From positions 1-52,837 of the IMG/VR virus record IMGVR_UViG_3300002053_000024: a stretch of 52,837 nt of DNA; one strand, given 5' to 3'. The position numbers and the translations under genes are program-made. Within the stretch, counting starts at the first letter, position 1. The number at the start of each line of letters is the position of its first letter. Origin of the DNA: a virus. Its lineage: Duplodnaviria > Caudoviricetes. Below the pieces are notes generated by a model. That model saw only the letters and a program-made list of their open reading frames with translations. It searched no databases and had not been told where the DNA came from. This document shows, one piece after another, positions 26,813 to 36,714 of this stretch.

Positions 26813-28286
26813 AACAATAAAATACGGCTTGAATGACGTTCCCGAATTATTCAATACTTGTTTTATCAAGGGAACAATAATAGCCGTAAACGAATTCAAT
26901 AATTCCGCCGATATTTCAACGGCAGAATTCGGAACGCTTTACGGTGTTCCAATTTTCTATCATTGTCCAGATTCAAGCGATACTTCGAACGGATGGAACG
27001 CGTTTGAAGAAGACGACGAAGTAGTAGTAATTGTTCCAAACGCGGTTAATAACTTAGCCCCGAATCCGAATAAAATAAAGATAGTCGGTTTTTGGGATAA
27101 CCAACCGCGCCCCTGTATCGGCGAAGGCTTCTTCGTGGCAAGGGCGGGCAATTGGATCGTTGTATGGGACATAGCAAAAAGACAATATGCCAAAGGAATA
27201 ATAGACGACTACGATCAAGAAGTACTATCGTGGCCTAAAAATATAAACGACTTGGACGATTGGTACGCACTTACTTTCCAAATAGGCGAAACCGGGATAG
27301 GTCAATGGGGCGGCAGCGATCTTTGGCAACAGTTCGTAACGTGCGGTTTTACTACTTCCCCTAACTGCGTTTTGCGCTCGGATAATAAATACGCAGAAAA
27401 TACAGTTTATATATTGGGCGAAGGGGGCGATCCAGTAGACGATCATTGCGAATCTACGCGTTGGTCGTGTAACCAAACGGTTCGTACGGAATATTGCGAT
27501 CCCCCCAACGAAACGGATAAAAAAGAAGAAGAAGTAAATATTCGCAATCAAAGAACAACGGGGGGCGGTTTAGCAGGATTAGACAAAGCTTGGACAGGTT
27601 CTAATTTATGGGGAACTTATAATGCTACTGTAAATGGCGTAACTATTCAAATTGCGGGCGTTAGTGGGGGCGGAAACGACGAAGGGGACGAAACAACCAT
27701 AATTTCATATTATTCCTGCCCCGGCGAAGTCCCTGCGGGTTGGGAATGTGAATATTTTTCTTGGCAGTATAGTGATTTTATAGGGGAAGTACATACCCCT
27801 TGGGGGAAAATGTTTGAAGACGTAGCAATGGTAGATCGTTTTTTGGAATATACCGGGGATAAAAGCGGGGGTGGATCATATACGGGTTGTGAAATTGACG
27901 CTTGTACCGGGTACAGTAAAGTAGCATTATTAAATAATCCGGTACGCGATACAAGATATGCTAGAAGGTTTTACCAAGAAGCAGTAGGGGGTTTTTCCGA
28001 AGGAAACGCACTAGGGGTTTTTATCGTCGGATTTTGTAAACAGGCTTATTATACGTATGGTACTTGTAGTCCGGTGCAAGGGGACGATATAAAACAACTA
28101 GATGCAATCGGCGTTATTGGATTTTACGAAGATAATACTACCATAGATTTAACGGCAGAAACCGAAACACCGGACGTAAGGGAAGGATTGATTAATTTAG
28201 TAGAAGCCTACCACGACGACGTAGGGGATTTTAGTTCGATTCAAACATTTAGGGTATATCATAGAAAGTACTTGACCGACTTATGA
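26802..28286 (+). CDS. Cys-rich tail spike/fiber-like protein
   Basis: N-terminal GTIIAV..VPIFYHC..AFEEDDEVVV OB-like domain followed by a variable G/C/W-rich body. Confidence 0.55.
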   Translation: MAHETIKYGLNDVPELFNTCFIKGTIIAVNEFNNSADISTAEFGTLYGVPIFYHCPDSSDTSNGWNAFEEDDEVVVIVPNAVNNLAPNPNKIKIVGFWDNQPRPCIGEGFFVARAGNWIVVWDIAKRQYAKGIIDDYDQEVLSWPKNINDLDDWYALTFQIGETGIGQWGGSDLWQQFVTCGFTTSPNCVLRSDNKYAENTVYILGEGGDPVDDHCESTRWSCNQTVRTEYCDPPNETDKKEEEVNIRNQRTTGGGLAGLDKAWTGSNLWGTYNATVNGVTIQIAGVSGGGNDEGDETTIISYYSCPGEVPAGWECEYFSWQYSDFIGEVHTPWGKMFEDVAMVDRFLEYTGDKSGGGSYTGCEIDACTGYSKVALLNNPVRDTRYARRFYQEAVGGFSEGNALGVFIVGFCKQAYYTYGTCSPVQGDDIKQLDAIGVIGFYEDNTTIDLTAETETPDVREGLINLVEAYHDDVGDFSSIQTFRVYHRKYLTDL

Positions 28287-28300
28287 TAAGGGGGGTAGGT

Positions 28301-28711
28301 ATGGCAGAAGAACAATTCCCGCATATAGTACTACCGGAATACGAAGGCCCGGAACGAAGGCGGACGTACCAATGCTTCTGTCATCCTAAACACCAAAAAG
28401 CTATTACTACGTTGGAAAAGCGCATGGATAAAAACGAAGACAGATTGGGCGGTACTGTACCGTGGAAAATATTTATTCCGATTATGGCCCCGCTAATGCT
28501 ATTGTTTGTCGCTGCGCTTTGGGGGATATTCGACAAGATATCCCAAATAAACGCAGATATGGCGGCTTTAAACACGCGTGCTATAACAACAGAAGAAAGG
28601 GTTGAACGAACGAACAATAAGATAGACAAATTGCACGACCAGATAGAAACGATAAAAGTCGAAATGCGGAAGTTAAACGGACACCATAAAGCAGGGGAAG
28701 CAGGGGGGTAG
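28301..28711 (+). CDS. Single-TM coiled-coil membrane protein (possible lysis accessory)
   Basis: YEGPERR motif, TM segment WKIFIPIMAPLMLLFVAALWGIF, coiled coil. Confidence 0.55.
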   Translation: MAEEQFPHIVLPEYEGPERRRTYQCFCHPKHQKAITTLEKRMDKNEDRLGGTVPWKIFIPIMAPLMLLFVAALWGIFDKISQINADMAALNTRAITTEERVERTNNKIDKLHDQIETIKVEMRKLNGHHKAGEAGG

Positions 28712-28715
28712 TAAA

Positions 28716-30986
28716 ATGACAAGGAAGATCATCTTTTCGCACCGTAGAGCAGTAGGGGACGCCCTAATGTTTACGTGCGGAGTAAGAGATTTCAAGCTAT
28801 TGTTTCCAGAAATTGAAATCGATGTAAGTAGTAATTTTAAGGATTCGGTTTTTCTTCACAATCCTTACCTAACCAAATTAAACAAAAAAGACGAAGGGGT
28901 AGAATTTTACAAAGTAGGATATCCGATTATCAATAACGCGAACGCGGCTAGTACGCATTTTACGCAAGGCTTTTTGTTCGATATGCTAGCGGCAGCGGAT
29001 TACCACGAACGTTTACCAATGCCGATTTATAAACTAATGTCCATGTTTTCAAACGGACGGATCGGCGACCCCGATATAAAAGTAGAAGAATTAAAACCGT
29101 ATCGCGATATCTGCAAAGACTTTCACCGGCAACGCCCCGACGTTCATCTAACCAAAGACGAAAAACGAACTAATATTATCCGCGATATGTACGGGGTAGA
29201 AAAGTATTGGGTTATCGCACCGGGGGGAAAGCGGGATTGCACGACAAAGATTTGGGATTGGCGGCGATTCCAAAAGGTAGTAGATTATTTCGACGGACAA
29301 ATAAAATTCGTGGTTGTCGGTCGAAGCGATCATTTGGTAGAGAAGCTACGCGGCGTTTTGGATTTGACGGACAAGTTCAATGATAACTTGCGCGGAATTT
29401 TCCCGCTTGTTTATCATAGCGAAGGGGTAGTAAGTGGCGTATCGTTTCTTATGCACCTTGCCGCTGCGTTCCCGGCAACGCACGAACAATTCGAAGCAAA
29501 GGGAAGAAAGCCCTGCGTAGCAATTTATGGCGGACGCGAACCGACTACTTTTACGTGCTATACCAATCACCAAGTTTTGCATACGAACGGAGCTTGGACG
29601 TGTTGCGATAACGGCGGGTGTTGGCAAAGTCGCGTCGTACCTATTATAAAAGACCCCGACAAAAATAATAGAATGTGTCATAACACCGTTGTTCGCGAAG
29701 GCAGAACTATCCAAGGTTGTATGGATAACATTACTGCCGACGATGTTATTCGTTCAATCGAAAAGTACTACCAAGGCAATATCTATCGCTACGCAATTAA
29801 AACGCGGACAACCAAAATAGAAGTACTACCAACCCAAGACAAAGTTACCGGTATTTCTTTATTGGGCTTAAAACCAAAACCGCTTTTTTATCGCCTGCGA
29901 CCAAGCAAGAAAGAAATCATTTTTCTTGCGTCCATGAAAAGCAAAGGCGGCGGCGAACAAAGCGCAGCGCATATAGTAGAACTAATGCGGGCGGCGGGTT
30001 GGAAAGTCCACTTTGTACCATATGCAGACGTACACGAAAACTTCAAAGGAATACAGTTAGCCCCGTACGACTTTTCCACGCTTGCGGCTAACCAGAAGCC
30101 CGATATACCCCTTTTCTTTTATGCCAACGATCAGATATGGGATTTTTGCGAAAAGGCCCAAGAAATCGTTGCTAAAGCGTCTGCGGTCGGTATTGGGATC
30201 AACTTTGCGAACGGTTCGCTACCGAAATGTAAATGGTTGCACGAAACCGGCAAATTGAAAGCGGTAGTATTTCAGAATGAAGAAAAGCGCGACGAATTCG
30301 ACCGGGACGTTATCGGATTCGAAAACACAAACAGAGTAGTACTTTTTGGCGCAATCAATCTTGATAAGTTCCTTGATATTTGTCCGCCGAATCGAAACGG
30401 TAGCGGTAGCAAAGACTTTGTTGTATTGAAACATGGTCTACCGGATTGGCGCAAATACGTTACTAACCAAAGCCAAGGAACCGGGGACAAGATTCATATT
30501 TGGCAAAAGAAGTTCTTTAAGGAAACCGACGCCGAATTTTATTCCCGCTTGCTAAAAGATATTCCCGATATCCGATTCGAATTCATGGAAGCGCACCCCG
30601 AAGTAATAGACGCTTTCAAAGACGAACCGCGAATGAAGTTCTACAAGTTTAACGAAATACCGGTAGAAGAATTCTTGGCGCGCGGACACGTCTACTTGCA
30701 TCGTATGTCTAACGCGTGGCGCGACCAGTACCCCCGCGTAGTTGCCGAAGCATTGGCAGCGGGCCTGCCGGTACTATCCGAACCGCGCGACGGAACGAAG
30801 GACAGGATCATTCACGGCAATACTGGCTTTTACTGCTGTCATTACGACGAATACCTTTTGAATTTGAAAACCCTTAAACGAAAGGAAGGACTTCGTTCTA
30901 CTATGGGGCAGTTTGCAAAGGATTGGGCGCGGCAGAATTTAGACCCGCGCCGATGGTTGGACGTTCTAGAACAGAATCTTTTTTAA
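28716..30986 (+). CDS. Fused glycosyltransferase: GT9 (heptosyltransferase-like) plus GT4-like GT-B domain
   Basis: RAVGDALM..HNPY..IAPGGK..KIW..SFLMHLAAA..CVAIYGG; second half GGGEQS..DQYPRVVAEALAAGLPVLS..HGNTGF. Confidence 0.85.
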   Translation: MTRKIIFSHRRAVGDALMFTCGVRDFKLLFPEIEIDVSSNFKDSVFLHNPYLTKLNKKDEGVEFYKVGYPIINNANAASTHFTQGFLFDMLAAADYHERLPMPIYKLMSMFSNGRIGDPDIKVEELKPYRDICKDFHRQRPDVHLTKDEKRTNIIRDMYGVEKYWVIAPGGKRDCTTKIWDWRRFQKVVDYFDGQIKFVVVGRSDHLVEKLRGVLDLTDKFNDNLRGIFPLVYHSEGVVSGVSFLMHLAAAFPATHEQFEAKGRKPCVAIYGGREPTTFTCYTNHQVLHTNGAWTCCDNGGCWQSRVVPIIKDPDKNNRMCHNTVVREGRTIQGCMDNITADDVIRSIEKYYQGNIYRYAIKTRTTKIEVLPTQDKVTGISLLGLKPKPLFYRLRPSKKEIIFLASMKSKGGGEQSAAHIVELMRAAGWKVHFVPYADVHENFKGIQLAPYDFSTLAANQKPDIPLFFYANDQIWDFCEKAQEIVAKASAVGIGINFANGSLPKCKWLHETGKLKAVVFQNEEKRDEFDRDVIGFENTNRVVLFGAINLDKFLDICPPNRNGSGSKDFVVLKHGLPDWRKYVTNQSQGTGDKIHIWQKKFFKETDAEFYSRLLKDIPDIRFEFMEAHPEVIDAFKDEPRMKFYKFNEIPVEEFLARGHVYLHRMSNAWRDQYPRVVAEALAAGLPVLSEPRDGTKDRIIHGNTGFYCCHYDEYLLNLKTLKRKEGLRSTMGQFAKDWARQNLDPRRWLDVLEQNLF

Positions 30987-30997
30987 AAGGGGACAAA

Positions 30998-31630
30998 ATG
31001 GACGATACGCGAACGGGTTATGATTATCTGCTTAATCATCTTATGGAAGCGGAAGTGCTACATTCCGACGAAGAAATGATTAAGTTAGGTAACAACTGTT
31101 TTATTCACAAAAGCGTTATTCTTGGGCAAGGGGTAAAGCTTGGCGTGGGGGTAGTAATTGAAAAGAACTGCAAGGTCGGTGATAATACGATTCTTGCTAA
31201 CTACGTTGTTATGCGTCCGAACGTTACCATTGGCGACGATTGTAAAATTGGGCATCATGTCGTTTTTGAAGGCGACGCAACTATTCACAATTGCGTTACG
31301 GTTCAATCGCTTTCGGAAGTATGCCGGTTTTCTACTATCGAAGACCATGTATTTATCGGCCCGCATTTCAGCGGGGCGGACGAACCATTTATAGCGAATA
31401 GCATACGCCGCACCTACCCGAAATATTCCAAGATAGACCAAGTAGGGCAATACTTCGGACGTGGCGCGCGACTTGGAAACGGCGTACAGGCTATTCCCGG
31501 TATTAGCATAGGGGAAAATGCTTTTGTCGGCGTTGGATCGTTGCTAACAAAGGACATACCGAAGGGCGAATTATGGTTGGGACGACCGGCTAAGTTTGTT
31601 AAGTATGTTCCTAAAGATGAATGGGTATAG
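30998..31630 (+). CDS. Hexapeptide-repeat (left-handed beta-helix) sugar acetyltransferase
   Basis: IGDDCKIG, IEDHVFIGP, IGENAFVGVGSLLTKDIP..GRPAK. Confidence 0.9.
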   Translation: MDDTRTGYDYLLNHLMEAEVLHSDEEMIKLGNNCFIHKSVILGQGVKLGVGVVIEKNCKVGDNTILANYVVMRPNVTIGDDCKIGHHVVFEGDATIHNCVTVQSLSEVCRFSTIEDHVFIGPHFSGADEPFIANSIRRTYPKYSKIDQVGQYFGRGARLGNGVQAIPGISIGENAFVGVGSLLTKDIPKGELWLGRPAKFVKYVPKDEWV

Positions 31631-31633
31631 TAA

Positions 31634-32362
31634 ATGCAAATAGGACAAACGACAAGACGTTGGCGAAAGCTAAGTAAAATAGCCGTATGTGTTCCCTTTT
31701 ATCCTTGGTATAGAGAACACGACCGGACGAACGACATATTCGAAGCATTGATAGCGTCAATGCTAAAAGTAAAGTACTATCATCTTTTATCCTTATCGAT
31801 TGTCGATTGTGGCATACGCGACGTTTGGGGACGCGACCGCGTACACGACGCAGACGCTTTCCTAGAAAGGCTTTCCGAAGAATGGCCCTTCGAACTTATC
31901 TACAGTTTTCAAGATTTCTTTGTGGATAATCGTTGGCATCTTGCGCGGTCGGTGCAACACGCGGTTATGCAAAGTGCGGGGGAATTCATTTTTCTTTCCG
32001 GTACGGATATTATACTACCCAAAAATTTCGTAGAAATGTATCATTCGAAGGTGCGGAAGAAAAGGGAAGTTTGGGTTCCCTTCGCGTATAACATTCTTCG
32101 CGGCGCGCCTTGGGAAATACCGAAGAATCCGCCCGTTGGGTTTACGTGGCATACGGCAAAGGGAATTGTCGGATTATCCAAAGACGATTTTACTACTGTA
32201 GGCGGATACCCAATGGACAGAATAAAAGACCATTCGGATAGTGATTTTTACCATAGAGTCAAATCCCGCTTTCACGTTAACGAAGAAAAGTGCGAAAGTA
32301 TGTTTCACTTGGCGCACCCCGGTTCGCACGCTAGCAGAATATGGGACGTTAGCCAATTATGA
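31634..32362 (+). CDS. GT-A glycosyltransferase (GT2/GT7-like), paralog of 34927-35610
   Basis: SIVD, FIFLSGTDIILP, DFTTVGGYP, DSDF, FHLAH. Confidence 0.75.
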   Translation: MQIGQTTRRWRKLSKIAVCVPFYPWYREHDRTNDIFEALIASMLKVKYYHLLSLSIVDCGIRDVWGRDRVHDADAFLERLSEEWPFELIYSFQDFFVDNRWHLARSVQHAVMQSAGEFIFLSGTDIILPKNFVEMYHSKVRKKREVWVPFAYNILRGAPWEIPKNPPVGFTWHTAKGIVGLSKDDFTTVGGYPMDRIKDHSDSDFYHRVKSRFHVNEEKCESMFHLAHPGSHASRIWDVSQL

Positions 32363-33003
32363 AAATTTGCGTAGTCGGTTGGTATTTCGACAGGGAATTT
32401 ATACGTCTTCTTCATTTAGTGAATATTCACTATCCAGTATTTATTGTCTGTCACCGTCCGCCCGAATACTACTTCGATTTGCCTTTCGTGGTAACGGATA
32501 ACGTGGGTTTGGAATTCGGGGCGTATTCTTGGTATCTTGATTATGCTTGGGACGGGCATAGCAATGTTTTCTTTACCCACGACGATACAAAAGTGGAAGA
32601 CATAAATACTTTTCACGCGATAGCAGAAATACCGCACGATTGCGCGTATGTTTTTCGTGACGAAGCGGAAGAAAAGGCAAACGGCGGAAAGCATGGAAGG
32701 GCCATTTTTTGTTCTTCAGCCTTTCTAAAAAAACTATCCGAAGACGGGGGCTTTTGGTACGACGAAGAAAATACAGGATATAACGGAAACGGGCAACCGC
32801 GACCGATTCGCGCAGATGGTATGCCAATGGATTTTAACGCAGGCATTTTCACGTTTCATAAATACTTGGGAAACGTGCGCGACCAAAAGATAGGATTGGA
32901 CGTAGTAAACCGTGTCTTCGTTGATTCATTCGAAGCAGGCAGGCGGGGAACATGGCGACATAAGGAAAGGGAAAAGGCGCGCTATGGAAGAATACGACCT
33001 TAG
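32359..33003 (+). CDS. Putative GT-A glycosyltransferase
   Basis: NVGLEFGAY and VFFTHDD motifs; within the GT cluster. Confidence 0.6.
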   Translation: MKICVVGWYFDREFIRLLHLVNIHYPVFIVCHRPPEYYFDLPFVVTDNVGLEFGAYSWYLDYAWDGHSNVFFTHDDTKVEDINTFHAIAEIPHDCAYVFRDEAEEKANGGKHGRAIFCSSAFLKKLSEDGGFWYDEENTGYNGNGQPRPIRADGMPMDFNAGIFTFHKYLGNVRDQKIGLDVVNRVFVDSFEAGRRGTWRHKEREKARYGRIRP

Positions 33004-33664
33004 CATAATAATTCCGGTTCTGAATTCGCATGAGGTAGTAAAACGACAAATGCTTTATTGGAATACGTTAGACCTTTGTTGCTGCGAAATAATTCTGGTA
33101 GACGATGGAAGTACCCCGCCTATATTGCCTTACTTCGATTCGAAATACGAACTAACGGTTATCTATACAAACGATCCGCGCCCTTGGTCGCAACCTTGTG
33201 CGCGCAATCGGGGTGCAGAAATATCACGATCCGAAATGCTACTTATGACAGACATAGACCATATTATTTCGCAGGAACAAATAAACGCGGGGAAAGCATT
33301 TAATGGGGACAAAATGATATTCCCGCGCCAATGGGCGGTATTGGATACAGCGGGCGGACTACACCAAGAAAAAGAAGTACTATTACAATATGGATTAGAC
33401 CCCAAGCTTTACGAACAACGCGGTCTTAGCGGCGGTTCGCACGCCAATACTTTTTGTATGCAGAAAAGTATTTTCGACGAACTAGGCGGGTATGATGAAA
33501 GCTTTTGTGGAAAATACGGGGGCGACGATACGGATTTTAACGACCGATACGGTCGATTGCATAGACAAGGGCTAGTGGCGCGGCACGTTGTAGGCCCGCG
33601 AATGTTTGTGTTTCCCGATCCGCGAAGGGACGCACAAAACCTTTTTCATTCTTTAAGGGGGTAG
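32984..33664 (+). CDS. GT2 family glycosyltransferase
   Basis: LSIIIPVLN, EIILVDDGS, ARNRGA, MTDID, GGYDESF..YGGDDTDF. Confidence 0.9.
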   Translation: MEEYDLSIIIPVLNSHEVVKRQMLYWNTLDLCCCEIILVDDGSTPPILPYFDSKYELTVIYTNDPRPWSQPCARNRGAEISRSEMLLMTDIDHIISQEQINAGKAFNGDKMIFPRQWAVLDTAGGLHQEKEVLLQYGLDPKLYEQRGLSGGSHANTFCMQKSIFDELGGYDESFCGKYGGDDTDFNDRYGRLHRQGLVARHVVGPRMFVFPDPRRDAQNLFHSLRG

Positions 33665-33667
33665 TAA

Positions 33668-34930
33668 ATGAAAATCGGTATCTTGACACATTTTCTCGGA
33701 TTCCAAGATTCGTACGCGCTACACGTCGGATGGTTGGAACGGGCAAAATTGTTGGAGTACTTCGGACAGGATTTCGACTTTCTGGTAGATCACAAATGCC
33801 CGGAAGGTCTTTATCCAAATCAAAAATCGATTCTTCCCCGAATAAAAGAAAGCCGGGACTTCGAAGCAAAGGTAACTTTTTTCGAAGAAGCGTACAAAGC
33901 TTTGCTAAAAGATTACGATGCTATTCTTACCGCCGATATCATGTACCAATCAAAGAATAACTTCCTTTGCTATAACCAAGCGGTACGTAATGCGGCGAAA
34001 GAATTAAAAGCGCATTGGTATCATTGGATACATTCAAGTTGGAACTATCGGCCTAATGGCATACGGTATCCAGAAACACTTCGCTACGATTACATGGAAG
34101 GTAGTAAAATAATCTACCTTAGTTCCTACGAATTAAATCAGGTAGCACAAATGTATAATACTTCGCCGAAGAACGTCTATTGTGTTTATAATCCAAAGGA
34201 CGTTCGAAGCTTTTTTGACTTCGATCCGTTAGCGTGGAAAATATGCAAAGAATTAGAGCTATGGAAAAAGGACGTTGTTCAAATTTTCCCGCATTGTTCT
34301 ACCCGAATGAAAGCAAAAGGGGTACACGCGATAGCTAAAGTATTTTCAGCTTTGAAACGTGCGGGCCTGCAAGTTGCTATTATCTTTGCCAACGCCAATT
34401 CCCGAAGCGTGCAAAATGAATTAGCAGAATTCAAAAAGCACCTTGAAACAAAATACAAACTTTATGAAGGCTACGATTTCATTTTTACTAGCGATATGAT
34501 GGAAAATTTTAAACCGCTTCCACGTAAAGCCGTAGCCGATCTATATAGGGTAGCTAATTTATTTGTCTTCGGCAGTTGGCGCGAAACAGTCGGCAACGCA
34601 TTTCAAGAAGCAATGATTAGCGATAACCTTTTGGTTCTTAATCAGAACGTCCCTTCAAACGTAGAAATGGCGGGGCGTGATGCTATCTACTTCGAATATC
34701 ATTATGTAACCCCCGGCAAATTAGCTAGCGGGCCTGCTAAAATGCAAAGCGGGAATTTTAAGGTTATCAAATACGGGGATGGATCATTGGAACACGAAGA
34801 AGGATATTTTGATAATATCGCAAAGCGCATTATTGGAATACTACCTTCGCGCGAACACATTTGGAAATTCTCTTATGAATGGATTTGGGAAAATCAGCTA
34901 AGACCGCTTTTGTACGGGGTGGATATATGA
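33668..34930 (+). CDS. GT-B (GT4-like) glycosyltransferase
   Basis: MKIGILT, WIHS, KGVH, DLYRVANLFVFGSWRETVGNAFQEAM. Confidence 0.8.
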   Translation: MKIGILTHFLGFQDSYALHVGWLERAKLLEYFGQDFDFLVDHKCPEGLYPNQKSILPRIKESRDFEAKVTFFEEAYKALLKDYDAILTADIMYQSKNNFLCYNQAVRNAAKELKAHWYHWIHSSWNYRPNGIRYPETLRYDYMEGSKIIYLSSYELNQVAQMYNTSPKNVYCVYNPKDVRSFFDFDPLAWKICKELELWKKDVVQIFPHCSTRMKAKGVHAIAKVFSALKRAGLQVAIIFANANSRSVQNELAEFKKHLETKYKLYEGYDFIFTSDMMENFKPLPRKAVADLYRVANLFVFGSWRETVGNAFQEAMISDNLLVLNQNVPSNVEMAGRDAIYFEYHYVTPGKLASGPAKMQSGNFKVIKYGDGSLEHEEGYFDNIAKRIIGILPSREHIWKFSYEWIWENQLRPLLYGVDI

Positions 34931-35610
34931 TTTCCGTTTGTACTGTCTTCTATCCTTGGACAAAGGAAATCGAGCGAACCGAAGAACTATTCGACGCTTT
35001 GATTCCTTCGATTCAACGATGCGAAGAAAACAACCGAATTGAACTATCCATAGTCGATACCGGGACAAGGGATATATTCAACCGCAGGCGGAAGCACGAT
35101 TGGATAAATTTCAAAGAACGGATACTAAAGGAACTGCCGACCGCCAAATATCAAATAGCCGATTGTCTGGTAGGCCAAAAATGGCATATGAGTAAAGCCT
35201 TAATGATAGCGGCAGCGCAGGCGAAAGGGGAACTATTCTTTTTCAGCGGAATTGATTTAATACTTCCAAAAGGCTTTGTTCATATGATGGATTTATTCGT
35301 AGGCAAAGGCGAAGTTTGGGTTCCGCTTTGTTATAATTTACTACCCGGTCAAGAATGGACGATACCAGAAAAGCCCGAAGAAATGAACGGTTGGCGCGTG
35401 GCAAAGGGAATAATGGGAATACGGCGCGAAGACTTTTACAGCGTTGGCGGGTATCCGGTAGAAAAAATAGGTTTTCGCGTTGGTATCGACAATGCCCTTT
35501 TGCAGAAGTGTTCTAAAAAATACAAGGTGAATAGCGTTAAATGCGAAGGGCTTTTTCATTTACACCATGCGTATTCGAAGGCATCTTTGCCGGGAAAAAT
35601 AGAAAGGTAG
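34927..35610 (+). CDS. GT-A glycosyltransferase (GT2/GT7-like), paralog of 31634-32362
   Basis: FYPW, SIVD, LFFFSGIDLILP, EVWVP, DFYSVGGYP, FHLHH are shared with the paralog. Confidence 0.75.
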   Translation: MISVCTVFYPWTKEIERTEELFDALIPSIQRCEENNRIELSIVDTGTRDIFNRRRKHDWINFKERILKELPTAKYQIADCLVGQKWHMSKALMIAAAQAKGELFFFSGIDLILPKGFVHMMDLFVGKGEVWVPLCYNLLPGQEWTIPEKPEEMNGWRVAKGIMGIRREDFYSVGGYPVEKIGFRVGIDNALLQKCSKKYKVNSVKCEGLFHLHHAYSKASLPGKIER

Positions 35611-35615
35611 TAAAT

Positions 35616-36713
35616 ATGAAACGGATAATGGTTATGGGCGGCGACGGTTTCTTGGGTTGGCCTACGGCTTTGTACTTCTCTAATCAAGGGCATTTCGTAA
35701 CAATCGTCGATAGCTTTGCAAGGCGCAATGACGATATCGCGTTGGGTATTGAATCCTTAACCCCTATCCGTACTATGAATGAACGCTTAAACGTATGGAA
35801 GAATAAGACAGAACACAAAATACTTTTCAAGCGGCTTGATTTGTCGAAGAACTATCGTGGGCTTTTGGGAATATTGATTAAGCTTCGACCGGACGTAATT
35901 ATTCATTGCGCGGAACAACGCAGCGCGCCTTATTCCATGAAGTCTTTTTATCATAGGCGCGCAACCATTGATAACAACGTAAATGCTACCCATAATCTTT
36001 TGTCGGCTATTGTGGAAAGCGGACGCGATACGCACTTGATACACGTAGGCGCGGTTGGATTGATAAACGGCGCGGGAAGTGTTTTCGACCTTTCAAAAAT
36101 ATTCGATTGCCAAATGATAAATTTTTACAATTATAACGACCAAGTTAGAATTTCCCAAGTTAGATTGGGGATCATTTGGGGAAGTAGTACTATCGAAACA
36201 GAAATGGACGAAAAACTTGTTAATCGATTTGACTACGACGGAGAATACGGAACGGTTATCAACCGCTTTATCGCGCAAGGGGTTTGCGGGCATCCATTGA
36301 CGGTTTACGGGGACGGTACGCAGAAGCGAACGTTTATCCATATCCAAGATAGCATAGAGTTTATAAAACATATGATCGACTATCCGCCCAAGTGCGGCGA
36401 ACCGGTAGATTTTATGGACGGGACAGTAGAAGAACTATCCATTATTCAAATAGCGGAACTTGTTTCGTCGATAACCGGAGCGCAAATAAAATTTTATCAG
36501 AATCCGCGAAATGAAAGCATAAAGGAAGAAGTAGAAGAAAAGCTATTGTTAGGCGGGCTTAAACATAGCGAAGGCAGGCGAATAACCGAAAAGGACATAG
36601 AAGAAATTTGCAAGTTGGTTTATCGGTACAAAACACGGTGCGATTTTTCGAAGATGTTAACGACAACGGTATGGAATAAGGACAAAAAAATTGATCTGGA
36701 AGGAACGTCATAA
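35616..36713 (+). CDS. sqdB: UDP-sulfoquinovose synthase-like extended SDR with an altered active site
   Basis: GGDGFLGWPTAL, SLTPI, AEQRSAPYSMKS, NNVNATHNLL, NRFDYDGEYGTVINRF, PLTVYG, NPR; canonical GTMG and YHxxK appear here as GAVG and FDLSK. Confidence 0.85.
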   Translation: MKRIMVMGGDGFLGWPTALYFSNQGHFVTIVDSFARRNDDIALGIESLTPIRTMNERLNVWKNKTEHKILFKRLDLSKNYRGLLGILIKLRPDVIIHCAEQRSAPYSMKSFYHRRATIDNNVNATHNLLSAIVESGRDTHLIHVGAVGLINGAGSVFDLSKIFDCQMINFYNYNDQVRISQVRLGIIWGSSTIETEMDEKLVNRFDYDGEYGTVINRFIAQGVCGHPLTVYGDGTQKRTFIHIQDSIEFIKHMIDYPPKCGEPVDFMDGTVEELSIIQIAELVSSITGAQIKFYQNPRNESIKEEVEEKLLLGGLKHSEGRRITEKDIEEICKLVYRYKTRCDFSKMLTTTVWNKDKKIDLEGTS

Positions 36714-36714
36714 A

